Program-made: the position numbers and the translations under genes
Notes under the pieces: model-generated
Databases searched by the model: none
The model's input: the letters and a program-made list of their open reading frames with translations, nothing else
Told to the model about the DNA's origin: nothing
Source: Candidatus Bathyarchaeia archaeon
GTDB lineage: Archaea; Thermoproteota; Bathyarchaeia; Bathyarchaeales; Bathycorpusculaceae
Direction: 5' to 3'
DNA: 64,000 nt
Assembly: GCA_038882955.1 (NCBI GenBank)
Contig: JAVZNC010000001.1
Coordinates: 288,001-352,000, forward strand
Shown here: positions 10,350 to 20,193 of the stretch, piece by piece
Position numbering within the stretch: position 1 is the stretch's first letter
Layout: the number at the start of each line of letters is the position of its first letter

Positions 10350-10970
10350 ATGGAGCTGATAACGGATTTCTACCTCTTTTTGCTTTCAGTAATCTTGGTA
10401 TCTTTATCTGGAGTTATGTCGCCTGGACCATTGTTCGCAGTTACCATCGCCAAGTCAAGCAGAGAGAAAAACGCTGGAGTTCTAATATCTGTTGGTCACG
10501 GCATTGTAGAGTTTCCATTAATGTTTCTAATTTATCTAGGTTTAGACTGGATTTTCGCTTCGCCTTTTGTTCAGAAAGCCATGGGTTTTGTTGGCGGAGC
10601 TTTAATGGTTTATTTAGGGTTTAAAATGCTCAAAACAAGAAAGGAATCTGGAAGCGAATCTCCATTCATTAAACACAGCTCGGTTGTTTCTGGAATTTTG
10701 GCAACAGCTGGAAACCCATATTTCCTTCTATGGTGGGCTACTATCGGGGCTTCCTTGGTCATGAATTCTACCGTTTTTGGGCATTTTGGCTTTTTATTAT
10801 TCACCATGATTCACTGGTCTTGCGATTTAGCTTGGAACGTTTTTGTTTCGTTCACGGTTTTCAAGTCGAAACGCTTTTGGACAAAGAGAATTTACGATGC
10901 CGTTTTCGGTTTTTGTTTCGCCATCTTGACTGGCTTCGGAATATGGTTCATCATTTCAGCGCTACTTTAG
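10350..10970 (+). CDS. LysE-family translocator
   Basis: SPGPLFA, GHGIVE, NPYFLLWW, about 6 TM. Confidence 0.88.
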   Translation: MELITDFYLFLLSVILVSLSGVMSPGPLFAVTIAKSSREKNAGVLISVGHGIVEFPLMFLIYLGLDWIFASPFVQKAMGFVGGALMVYLGFKMLKTRKESGSESPFIKHSSVVSGILATAGNPYFLLWWATIGASLVMNSTVFGHFGFLLFTMIHWSCDLAWNVFVSFTVFKSKRFWTKRIYDAVFGFCFAILTGFGIWFIISALL

Positions 10971-12332
10971 GTCAGTAACTTTCTTCAACCTATACCTTTC
11001 ATAAACCAGCTCCACCTTATCCCCTTCAACCATAAACTCCACTGGAAGCTTACCACCAGACTGGATGGCATAAAACCTCTTCACTTGACCTTCTATATCT
11101 TCTGGAATCAGCGGTATAATCATATCCGTGTACTTGTCCTTAATTTCAAGCTGCAAGATTCCGCCTTTGCTGACGACTTGCGCCTTCATGGTTTCCTTGT
11201 AGGTTTCATATAGCCCCGTCAACAAGTCGTACGTCCGCTCATATTTCATGAAAGGCAAGTTTTCTGGGCTTTCGCCAATCATAAGAGCCAAACCGTAAAG
11301 TCCAATTTGCGAAAGCGGATATCCGCTTCCGTTTGCAAGCACAGCTATTCCAACATTTTCCTCTGGTATATACCCCACATAAGCTGTGTAAACCAGAACG
11401 GAACCGCCGTGACCAACAAGCTTCTTGCCGAAGAAGTTTGGGTTAACCATTAAACCATACCCGTAGGATTCTCCGCCAAAAACCTGAAGTGGCAAGGACA
11501 CGCGGGGCTTTTCCATCTCTTCTATGCCTTCACTCGAAAGCAGAGTCGCGCCTTCATAGCTTCCACGGTTAAGGTACATCATTATGTATTTAGCCAAGTC
11601 CAGAACGTTGCTTATTAAACCACCATCAGCATAAACGCCGTAAGGATGCACAGACTTTTTGCATTCACCGTCCCTCGTGATTATGTAGGGCACAGCAACG
11701 TTCGGGTCTGCCTCCACATCAGCCTTCTTGAAGAAGCTTCGGCTCATGCGCAGAGGCTTCAAAATTTTTTCCCTGACATAATCTTCATAGTTCATTCCAG
11801 AAAGCTTCTCAATAATATAGCCTAAAATCACGTAGCCCTCGTTCAGGTAAAACCATCTTTCGCCTGGCTTTGTTAAAGCCCATTCGTTTGCTTCCCTCAT
11901 GAACGTTATTATGTCCTCGTGGCTGGCTATTGGAACCCACTTATCACCAGCTCCAGTCAAGTAGCGGATAAGAGCCTCAGCATACGCAAGCGCAGGTATG
12001 CCAGAGGCGTGGCTGAGCAAATGCCATACTTTTGCTGAAACGCCCATCGGCTTAAGTTCTAGCGGAACGTATTTGCTGACAGCATCGTCTAGGCTTAGTT
12101 TTCCGTTTTCCGCAAGTTGCATAATCGATAGTGCTGTAAAAGATTTTGTTACGGAGCCGACGCCGTACAATGTTTCTGGTGTGGCTCTAAGTCCATACTC
12201 CAAATCTCTGAAACAAAATCCTCTGCTATACGCTACTTCGTTTTCTTTGACTGCAGCTATGCTTAAGCCTGGCAGATGCGACGCAGAAACTTTTTCAAAA
12301 ATGAAACTTTCGAGTTTGTCGAATTCCGCCAT
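10962..12332 (-). CDS. Serine hydrolase, beta-lactamase fold (Pab87-like peptidase)
   Basis: SVTK (SxxK), YLN (YxN), HGG motif, C-terminal extra domain. Confidence 0.88.
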   Translation of the reverse strand: MAEFDKLESFIFEKVSASHLPGLSIAAVKENEVAYSRGFCFRDLEYGLRATPETLYGVGSVTKSFTALSIMQLAENGKLSLDDAVSKYVPLELKPMGVSAKVWHLLSHASGIPALAYAEALIRYLTGAGDKWVPIASHEDIITFMREANEWALTKPGERWFYLNEGYVILGYIIEKLSGMNYEDYVREKILKPLRMSRSFFKKADVEADPNVAVPYIITRDGECKKSVHPYGVYADGGLISNVLDLAKYIMMYLNRGSYEGATLLSSEGIEEMEKPRVSLPLQVFGGESYGYGLMVNPNFFGKKLVGHGGSVLVYTAYVGYIPEENVGIAVLANGSGYPLSQIGLYGLALMIGESPENLPFMKYERTYDLLTGLYETYKETMKAQVVSKGGILQLEIKDKYTDMIIPLIPEDIEGQVKRFYAIQSGGKLPVEFMVEGDKVELVYERYRLKKVTDLK

Positions 12333-12399
12333 TTTGGGGACGCCTCCCTCGCCTACTTCAATGCTTTCTATTCTTGATAAGTTTTAAGGCAATAAGTTG

Positions 12400-13029
12400 C
12401 TAGCAGTCTTCGAGAAGAGTCCATGCTGCTGCAAGTGCGCCATAATTAGCACTTTTAAGGTCTTCTGCACTTGCGATTATTATGACATCGTTCTCTTCTG
12501 GCTTAAAAAGCTCGAATATCTGGGATGTTGCCTCTGGAAAGTCGCTTTTGGCATCCTCGCTTATGGAGGGTACTTTTAACTGACCGCCGACAAAAACAAT
12601 AGTTGTGGCTCCTTTCGCCCCAGCCCTTATTGCTGCATCGCGCTGTTCAATTCCATATCTTATTTTATCTCCGCGATTCTTCACCAAAATTGCAAAGTTG
12701 TAATCTGAAAGCGTCAACTCGTTCTTTCCAATTTCAGTCTTCTTCAAAAAAATTGACCTATAACTATTCCAAAACTTAACACCCTCATGGGTGAGCACAC
12801 ATCCAGACTTCGAAGTCTCAATCAGCCCAGCATCCCTCAACCTATCAACAATTGTGCGTGCGGCACCTTCGCCTAAGCTTAGGCTTTCAGCAAGCTTACC
12901 TCTGCCCAACTTTTTCTCAGCTATAAGCTCTATCGCATGTAGAATATGAAAAACAGAGAACGTTGGGGAAGGCCCTGGTGCTCTCTCTCCAACAACCCTT
13001 TCTAGGAACTCCTTAAGCTTGGTCGCCAT
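12400..13029 (-). CDS. wHTH plus DUF4443-like domain protein
   Basis: GPSPTF, GRGKLAESLSLGEGAART, GIEQRDAAIRAGAKGATT. Confidence 0.75.
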   Translation of the reverse strand: MATKLKEFLERVVGERAPGPSPTFSVFHILHAIELIAEKKLGRGKLAESLSLGEGAARTIVDRLRDAGLIETSKSGCVLTHEGVKFWNSYRSIFLKKTEIGKNELTLSDYNFAILVKNRGDKIRYGIEQRDAAIRAGAKGATTIVFVGGQLKVPSISEDAKSDFPEATSQIFELFKPEENDVIIIASAEDLKSANYGALAAAWTLLEDC

Positions 13030-13144
13030 TAATAATTCACAATCCAATTTAAGATATAAGGCTATTATAATTTTAAGCCTGTATGAATTTGTTTTACTTA
13101 TCCTGTTAACGGCGACTAACAGAGTAGAGTTTGCATATTATCGG

Positions 13145-16138
13145 CTATTTTGGACTTTTCCTGAATAAGAGTTCTTGATATTCCGAGTTTACTTTTCCAT
13201 GTTTTTCGTTGATGACTCTGCTGATTTTATGCCAGTCTTGGGATATTTTTGGCCATAGCTCGCTGGACATTAACTGCTTTGTCACGTATTCTTTTAATGG
13301 TTTTTCCCGTTTGATTGTTTTTCGGTGCCACTCGAAGCTTATGAGCCCAGCGCGTTTCAAGTATTGAATTGTGTGACCTACTTGGTGGTGATCGAGTGGG
13401 TATTCCATGCTTCTTTCTAAATCTTCTAGGAGCGAGTCAACTGTTATTTCGTCTTCTGGGCGTAGACAGATGATGGCTATGACATCTTGGATGAGCCTCG
13501 CAGTCTTGGTGGGATATATCCCAATCTTCTTGGGCGGGATGAGGATTTGTTCTAGGCGGTAGCCATACCTCCTGTAAAACCAGCTTTTTATGATTTCAGC
13601 CAGTGCCACATAGGCGCCGAGAATTGCGGCTAATGCTATAAAGAAGGTTGCTGGAGGCTCTACAAATTTGAAAATTTCTCCTAATGGCGTGTAGGGAAGT
13701 ATCAGCGCGAATGTTATTATTGCTATGCTGCTGAAAAGCAAAAGTCGGCTAGGCTTGCTTTTCCAGAAAGGCGACTTCTTTGTTCTAATGGCAAAGATTA
13801 CAAGAGTCTGCGAGGTTAGGGATTCAATGAACCAAGCAGTTTGGAATAGTGGCTCATAAGCGTTAAAGATGAAAAGCATTATAAAGAATGTTATAAAGTC
13901 GAAGAGTGAGCTGACAGGTCCAAGACACACCATAAACCGTCTAATGAAGTGTATGTCCCATCTTTTAGGCTTCTCAATGTATTCTTGGTCAACTTCGTCT
14001 GCGGGTATCGTTGATTGGGAAAAGTCGTAGAGAAGGTTGTTAAGCAGTATTTGTATGGGCAGCATTGGCAGAAAAGGCAGAAACAACGATGCTCCAGCCA
14101 CGCTGAACATGTTTCCAAAGTTTGAGCTCACACCCATCATGATGTACTTCATGGTGTTGCCGAAGGTTTTTCTGCCCTCCAAAACTCCGTCGTGAAGCAC
14201 CGTCAAATCGTTCTGCAAAAGAATTATGTCTGCGGATTCCTTCGCAACGTCAACGGCGTTTTCGACAGATACACCGACATCCGCCGTTTTCAGTGAAGGC
14301 GCATCATTTATTCCATCGCCCAAGAATCCAACAACATGCCCATTGTTTTTTAAAGCGTTTATTATTCTGTCTTTCTGAGCTGGTGTAACCCTGCAGAACA
14401 CGTTAGCTTCTTCGACAACTCTTGCAAGGGCGTCATCATGCAGCTGGGCAATTTCGCTTCCAGTGACAACCCCTTTTATGTCGAAGCCTAAGTGCTCGCA
14501 AACCTTCCTCGTTACCAGCTCATTGTCGCCTGTAAGAATTTTCAACTCTATGCTGGCATTTTTCAGAAGCTGTAAAGCTTCTCTCGCCGTTTCTTTTGGT
14601 GGGTCAAGGAAAGCTATGAAGCCAAAAAACACCATTTCTGTTTCGTCGCCCGCCGTGTAGACGGGTTTATCCTCTCTTAAACGCTTGTAGGCTACGGCTA
14701 AAACCCGGTAGCCCTCAGCGCTAAGCTCAATATATTTTTGCTCGATATTTCGGCGCACTTCGTCCGTTATGTCGGCTACAACCTCTCCAACTTCGTAATA
14801 AGAGCAGACCTTAGCAACCTCTTCAGGAGCACCTTTAGTGATCATAAACCGTTGATTTTGATGTTCAACAACTATGGAGAGGCGTTTACGGACAAAATCA
14901 AAGGGAACCTCATCAACTTTCCTATAATCCTTAACATCCACATCTCTAAAACTCAGTATAGCCTCGTCCAAGGGGTTTTTAAGTCCAGTCTGGTAATAGC
15001 TATTTAGGTAGGAGTAAAGCAGAACCTTATCGCTTTCGTTGCCGTCGAGATCCACGTGTAGAACAAGCTTTATCCTGTTTTCCGTCAAAGTTCCAGTTTT
15101 GTCCGTGCACAGAACGTCCATGCTTCCAAAATTTTGTATGGCTGCTAGGCGTTTCACGATGACGCCCTTCTTAGCCATCGACACTGCTCCTTTAGAGAGG
15201 TTCACCGAAATTATCATTGGAAGAAGCTCCGGTGTCAAGCCCACAGCTAAAGCCACAGCGAAAAGAAGTGAATCAAGCACGCTTCGCATGTAAAGGGCGT
15301 TAATGAAAAACACGAATATGACAAGCAGAAAAGTTACTTGCATTATCATGTAACCAAAACTTCGAATACCCCTCTGGAACTCCGTTTCCGGCTCCCTTGC
15401 AACGAGGCTCTTCGCAATTTTCCCATACTCTGTATGGCTGCCAGTTTTCACGACAACGGCGGTTGCTGTCCCGCTCACAACAGAAGTTCCCATAAAAAGA
15501 TAGTTGCTCCACTCCGTTATTGACGGGTCATAAGATTTCAGCGGCAAGCCAGTCTTCTCAACGGGAAAAGATTCACCAGTCAACGCAGACTGGTTCACGA
15601 ACAGGTCTTTTGCACTTATAACTCGGGCGTCTGCAGGCACAATGTCGCCTGCTGAAAGAAATATTATGTCTCCAGGAACGATCTCCGCAAGCCTAACCTC
15701 TTTTTTAATCCCATCCCTCAAAACGGTGGCTGTTGTCGCCACCCTCTGCTTCAGCATTTCAGCCGCTCTTTCAGCCTTATATTCTTGATAAAAGTCTAAG
15801 ACCACGCTGAACGTCACTATAACAAATATGATAGCTGTGTTAGCAACCTCGCCAAAAAAGCCGGAAATCAGTCCAGCGATAAGAAGAATTATTATCAATG
15901 GACTTTTGAAGTGGGAGAGGAAATCGATGATGACTGCTCTCCTCTTTTTTCTAACAAGCTCATTATAGCCAAAAAATTCAAGACGCCTTTCCACATCCTC
16001 GGATGAAAGCCCATCCGATGAAGTCTTTAAGCGCAAAAGAAGCTCCTCAACAGGCAAAGTTAAAACTTCTTCAGCGCTCGGCATAGCCCAGCTTAAACCT
16101 TCGCCAACACTTGACTCCTCCAAATTCTTAACCACCAT
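13145..16138 (-). CDS. mgtA: Magnesium-translocating P-type ATPase with extra C-terminal domain
   Basis: TGES, LTPELLP, DKTGTLT, GDGINDAP, SSNFGNMFS (P3B-type signatures). Confidence 0.92.
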   Translation of the reverse strand: MVVKNLEESSVGEGLSWAMPSAEEVLTLPVEELLLRLKTSSDGLSSEDVERRLEFFGYNELVRKKRRAVIIDFLSHFKSPLIIILLIAGLISGFFGEVANTAIIFVIVTFSVVLDFYQEYKAERAAEMLKQRVATTATVLRDGIKKEVRLAEIVPGDIIFLSAGDIVPADARVISAKDLFVNQSALTGESFPVEKTGLPLKSYDPSITEWSNYLFMGTSVVSGTATAVVVKTGSHTEYGKIAKSLVAREPETEFQRGIRSFGYMIMQVTFLLVIFVFFINALYMRSVLDSLLFAVALAVGLTPELLPMIISVNLSKGAVSMAKKGVIVKRLAAIQNFGSMDVLCTDKTGTLTENRIKLVLHVDLDGNESDKVLLYSYLNSYYQTGLKNPLDEAILSFRDVDVKDYRKVDEVPFDFVRKRLSIVVEHQNQRFMITKGAPEEVAKVCSYYEVGEVVADITDEVRRNIEQKYIELSAEGYRVLAVAYKRLREDKPVYTAGDETEMVFFGFIAFLDPPKETAREALQLLKNASIELKILTGDNELVTRKVCEHLGFDIKGVVTGSEIAQLHDDALARVVEEANVFCRVTPAQKDRIINALKNNGHVVGFLGDGINDAPSLKTADVGVSVENAVDVAKESADIILLQNDLTVLHDGVLEGRKTFGNTMKYIMMGVSSNFGNMFSVAGASLFLPFLPMLPIQILLNNLLYDFSQSTIPADEVDQEYIEKPKRWDIHFIRRFMVCLGPVSSLFDFITFFIMLFIFNAYEPLFQTAWFIESLTSQTLVIFAIRTKKSPFWKSKPSRLLLFSSIAIITFALILPYTPLGEIFKFVEPPATFFIALAAILGAYVALAEIIKSWFYRRYGYRLEQILIPPKKIGIYPTKTARLIQDVIAIICLRPEDEITVDSLLEDLERSMEYPLDHHQVGHTIQYLKRAGLISFEWHRKTIKREKPLKEYVTKQLMSSELWPKISQDWHKISRVINEKHGKVNSEYQELLFRKSPK

Positions 16139-16349
16139 AATCCTCCACCATCCGTTCTCGTCGAATAATCTCCAAAGCTGGGCTCTTCCATCTTACAAAC
16201 ACACCAATTCATAAAATTCTTTCTACAAATTCACGCTAAAACGGACAACAGTTTCTGTTAAGAACACTAAAGGACATGCCTTAAATGTTCAACAGCCTTC
16301 GCCGCTAAGAGAATTTAGTTCCTGAAAAGATTGTTTATTCTACGCTCTT

Positions 16350-16745
16350 TTAGATTTTGCCCCTTGTTGAATAGTATTCTCTCACTATGCCCGCTGTTAA
16401 GGCTACTAGACCAACAGCCAATAAGTAAATGAGCGGATAAATGAATACTGAAAGCAGATTTTCATAGGTGACCGCTTGCGGCAACTGCGGCGTAAAGAAC
16501 AATGAAACCCAGACTATGACGAATGTGGCGATGCAGCCGACGCCTAGGCCAACAGAAAGCCCGTGGATGAAGCTGCTTCTATCTTCAACCTGATTGTTTG
16601 CTTTGTTTTTTCGCCCTTCTCTTTTCCGTTCTCTTTCTTCAAACGCTTCTGCTTCTTCCACTAGTTCTTCTTGCTCGGCGCTTTCCTCCTGTTGAATTTC
16701 ATCTTCAGATAGTACTTCCTCACTTTGTGCTGCCTCGGTTTCCAT
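16350..16745 (-). CDS. Hypothetical membrane protein (acidic N-terminus, 2 TM)
   Basis: Glu-rich N-terminus followed by two hydrophobic helices. Confidence 0.7.
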   Translation of the reverse strand: METEAAQSEEVLSEDEIQQEESAEQEELVEEAEAFEERERKREGRKNKANNQVEDRSSFIHGLSVGLGVGCIATFVIVWVSLFFTPQLPQAVTYENLLSVFIYPLIYLLAVGLVALTAGIVREYYSTRGKI

Positions 16746-16853
16746 GGTGCTCGCCTTCTGTTTTTTGTTATGCGGGTTGATTAATAAGATTATTCAATTT
16801 TAGATTCTGTTTTTGAATACGAATTGAAAATACAGAATTTAAAGGCAAAAAGG

Positions 16854-17123
16854 CTATTTTAAAGCAAGTTTTGGCGTTAACTGTTCTATTGCACTTTTAA
16901 GCCTATTCCACTCGTCAAGGTTCCTTATGTTAAACTTGTGTTTACGCTTCCATGCGCCGTTTCTTTTTTGCCAAAGGTACAAGCCTATTGAGCGCTTCCC
17001 GTAAGATTCAAAGATGACGATGGCTTCCCACCACTTTTCACTCTTAAAGATTGTGACATAATCAACGACCTTGTAGAATTCGGATATTGGCAATTTCTCT
17101 GATGCTTCCGCCATGCTGATCAC
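16854..17123 (-). CDS. Small basic hypothetical protein (possible PC4-like fold)
   Basis: Aromatic-rich beta pattern and a C-terminal helix (EWNRLKSAIEQL). Confidence 0.65.
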   Translation of the reverse strand: MISMAEASEKLPISEFYKVVDYVTIFKSEKWWEAIVIFESYGKRSIGLYLWQKRNGAWKRKHKFNIRNLDEWNRLKSAIEQLTPKLALK

Positions 17124-17172
17124 GCTGCCTTATAGTTCAGTCACCAGCGCTTTTAAGCCTTTTAACGGCTAA

Positions 17173-18282
17173 TTAGCCTTGTTTTGTCTTACTTACTACG
17201 AGAATGGGAATCAGCATCAGCGAGAAGGCGCCCAAAAGCGTGAAGTAGCCGGAAAAGTTTCCTTCTGGAAGGAAAACGCATGTGGGTAAAAGGTTTATTA
17301 TTCTTCCAATCATTAGGCCTACCTCCATAAAAACAAGTGTGCTTGCATAGTGTTCTTTGCTGAAAGAATCTCCATAGTGAGCAAACCATGAAAGTGTGAA
17401 GGCGCTTGCAAAACCGGACAAGGTGGATAACATGATTATTTCGTGTGGTGCTGAGGCATAGCCTATCAAGAAAAACCACGAGGCGTTTAATAATACGCCT
17501 ATAACGGTGAATTCAACACGCATCATTTTGATGTCTGAAAGCCAGTTAACCAGAAAAGTTATAATGGACATGATGACGCTTGCAGCTGCAAGAACCAGTC
17601 CCATCATAGAGATTGTTTCTGAAATTTTGTTAACAAAAAGCGGGTAGGCAAGCCAGTAAGCTTCAGACATGCCAAAAAGAATAAACGTTAAAAAAAAGAC
17701 TGGAAATTTTCTCTCCTTCGGAATTGACAAGCCGCAAGTTTCAGTTCTAAACGTCATGCGCATGGAGAAGATTAAGGCGGCAAAATATAGGATTATGGAC
17801 AGCATGAAAAGGGATTGAAACTTGAAACTTTCTATGATGAGGCCTCCGACTGCTGGGCCAACTATGCTGGCAATTGATGGTATTATTGAGGAGAATAGGC
17901 TTACGGTTCTCGCCCTAAAGTTTGAAGTGCTCAGCCTAAATTGTAGGAGGTTGAAGCTCGGCCAAAATGTTGCTGTGCTTAGGCCGTAGGCTATTCCGAG
18001 TATTACGGGGTTTTTAACGTAGATCAGCGCCGCGTAAAATAGCATGGTGAAGATTATTCCGAGGCAGATTATTCTTTCAAAGTTTTTGGTGAGCTTGAGT
18101 ATGAGCATTGGGAGGAGACCAACTATTAGGAAGGTTATCAGCAAGAGTGTGACTATTTCGATTATGCTTAAGCCTAATTCTACGTAATAAATTGGAAGGA
18201 ACATTCCAGTTAGGTAGTTTGTGAAGAAGAATATGCTTGCAACGATGGTTAGGGTCTTAAATGTTCTTGTTTGCACACGCAA
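17173..18282 (-). CDS. MFS transporter
   Basis: About 12 hydrophobic segments, GPAVGG motif. Confidence 0.8.
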   Translation of the reverse strand: MRVQTRTFKTLTIVASIFFFTNYLTGMFLPIYYVELGLSIIEIVTLLLITFLIVGLLPMLILKLTKNFERIICLGIIFTMLFYAALIYVKNPVILGIAYGLSTATFWPSFNLLQFRLSTSNFRARTVSLFSSIIPSIASIVGPAVGGLIIESFKFQSLFMLSIILYFAALIFSMRMTFRTETCGLSIPKERKFPVFFLTFILFGMSEAYWLAYPLFVNKISETISMMGLVLAAASVIMSIITFLVNWLSDIKMMRVEFTVIGVLLNASWFFLIGYASAPHEIIMLSTLSGFASAFTLSWFAHYGDSFSKEHYASTLVFMEVGLMIGRIINLLPTCVFLPEGNFSGYFTLLGAFSLMLIPILVVSKTKQG

Positions 18283-18340
18283 ATCCTCGGTTAACTATGC
18301 GATGTTCTAATTGTATTGAACGACTTCGCATAATTAATTG

Positions 18341-19561
18341 TTAGTATGTTTGCACTTTTCCTTGGGCAAGCTCCATACAGAACTTGTCTATGTTTTCAAG
18401 TTCGTAATCTAGCACTTCGCTTATCTCCTGCCTAACCTTGTCAAGCGAGTTATCACCCTTCATTATGACTTGGGCTGCAGCGACTGCTGGCTGGTCGATT
18501 GGACTGCCTATTTTGCTTAAAAGCCAAATGTAAACCTCCTCAACCTCTGGAACTTCCTCGTAAACATGTTGCGCTATCTTGTAGGTTAAAACGTTATAGA
18601 TTTTTCCAACATGGCTAACTGGGTTTTTGCCAGCTGCAGCCTCGGAACAGAAAGGTCTATTTAATGATATTAGTCCGTTTACGCGGTTGCCCCTTCCAAC
18701 TTGCCCAGAATCGCCGCTGTCAGCGCTTGTGCCCAGGACTGTTAGGTATACGCCACCTATGCCTCTTCCACGCATGTCCAAAGTGTTTAGTTGGACGTTG
18801 ATTTTGTCGAAGTCTATGTTTGCCTCTACAAAGCGTTTTGTTTCTTCTAGGATTTTCGCTTTCTTTTCAAAGTAGTCTTCCTCGCTGTACACGTAGCGGT
18901 CGACAAAGGCCATTGAAATTGTTAGGTTTAGGCTGTTGTTGGCTCTGAATCCCATGACTTTTATGTCTTCCCCAGACTCTGGAAAACGCTGCTTAAACTC
19001 TTTGGAATTCAAAAACCTTTCAGTTTTCAGAACAATCTTTTCAGTTTTTGTCATAGGCGCATAGCCAACAGCGGCTGAAGTGTCATTAGCGCCTAGAACT
19101 TTGCCCTTACGCTTGAAAATGTCAACAAGCCCAGCTGAGCCAGGCTTTAACTCAACTTGATATTTCACATGCTTCTCTGGGTCTATGAAGCGCATATTCT
19201 GCCTAAACCACTGTTTTGCAACGTTTACGGCTATGCTTGCGACATCAATTTTTGTGCCGTTAAACTCCGCTGTTGCCCTATCGCCGAAAACGAAGAGCAT
19301 TGGCTGCTTAACGGTGCCTCCGCCAAACTTTGGTTCTGATTCGCCAGCCACAAGCAGGGACTTGTCAACGTTATGGTGCAGTATTGCGCCTGCCTTTTCC
19401 AGATACTCTTTGCTTAGACGTATTGAGATTTGGTCCATAACCGCGTCGCATATGTAGTCTGGGTGTCCCAAACCTTTCCTTTCAACTATTTCTATGCGCT
19501 GCTTTTCCAGTGGTGTTTGCTTTAAGTCTTCAACGATTATGTTTCGCATTTTAGTTTCCAT
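18341..19561 (-). CDS. mat: S-adenosylmethionine synthetase, archaeal type
   Basis: VERKGLGHPDYICD, ANDTS, GEDIKVMG, GDSGQVGRGNR, AGKNPVSHVGKIYN. Confidence 0.96.
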   Translation of the reverse strand: METKMRNIIVEDLKQTPLEKQRIEIVERKGLGHPDYICDAVMDQISIRLSKEYLEKAGAILHHNVDKSLLVAGESEPKFGGGTVKQPMLFVFGDRATAEFNGTKIDVASIAVNVAKQWFRQNMRFIDPEKHVKYQVELKPGSAGLVDIFKRKGKVLGANDTSAAVGYAPMTKTEKIVLKTERFLNSKEFKQRFPESGEDIKVMGFRANNSLNLTISMAFVDRYVYSEEDYFEKKAKILEETKRFVEANIDFDKINVQLNTLDMRGRGIGGVYLTVLGTSADSGDSGQVGRGNRVNGLISLNRPFCSEAAAGKNPVSHVGKIYNVLTYKIAQHVYEEVPEVEEVYIWLLSKIGSPIDQPAVAAAQVIMKGDNSLDKVRQEISEVLDYELENIDKFCMELAQGKVQTY

Positions 19562-19644
19562 CCGCGAAGTTTAAGTTGTATGCACGAAAACAAATATATA
19601 TTTTACTGTATCAGTTTATAAATGATAATAACTGGTGGTTATTT

Positions 19645-20178
19645 TTGGCGATAACTGGAAACCACCTAAAAAGGTTAAGAATTGAGGCTGGACTAACCCA
19701 GAAAAAATTAGCAGAACTTGTCGGAGTGTCACAGGCGCACATAGCAAAGATAGAGCAGGGAAAAGTTGACCCGAGGCTTTCAACAATAAACAAGATTTTG
19801 GGAGTTTTAGCTGGCGGAAAAGGGTTAAAATGTATGGATTTGATGACGAAAGGCGTGATTTTCGCGAAGCCAAACAACAGCATTTTTAGGGTAAGCGAAA
19901 TCATGGTGCGTAATGCAATATCGCAGATGCCAGTTTTGGACAAAGGGAGAGTTGTCGGTACAATAACTGAGGAAGACATCATAAGAAACCTTAACGCTGA
20001 CATTGCAGAAGAAAAAGTGAAAGAGATAATGGGTCCGCCGCTGCCCATGGTCTCAGAAGAAACGCCAATAGATTCAATACGCCCGCTGCTTGAGAGACAC
20101 CCGGGGGTTTTGGTTGTGCGTGGTAAAGAAATTGTTGGAATAATAACGCGTTCAGACTTGTTAAAGACTATAGGTTAG
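19645..20178 (+). CDS. XRE-HTH plus CBS-pair transcriptional regulator
   Basis: LTQKKLAELVGVSQAHIAKIEQGKVDPRLST followed by a CBS pair; likely TTG start. Confidence 0.9.
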   Translation: MAITGNHLKRLRIEAGLTQKKLAELVGVSQAHIAKIEQGKVDPRLSTINKILGVLAGGKGLKCMDLMTKGVIFAKPNNSIFRVSEIMVRNAISQMPVLDKGRVVGTITEEDIIRNLNADIAEEKVKEIMGPPLPMVSEETPIDSIRPLLERHPGVLVVRGKEIVGIITRSDLLKTIG

Positions 20179-20193
20179 GAGGATGTTAAAGGC

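Noticed and set aside
16246-16310. M-box (ykoK) or yybP-ykoY riboswitch upstream of mgtA
   Set aside because: Only short words resemble the M-box (AUGUCC, AACAGAAA); the length and multi-stem architecture do not fit, so no riboswitch is called.
16798-16843. Imperfect AT-rich inverted repeat between two hypothetical genes
   Set aside because: Low complexity and mismatched; it could be a terminator or operator but has no independent support.
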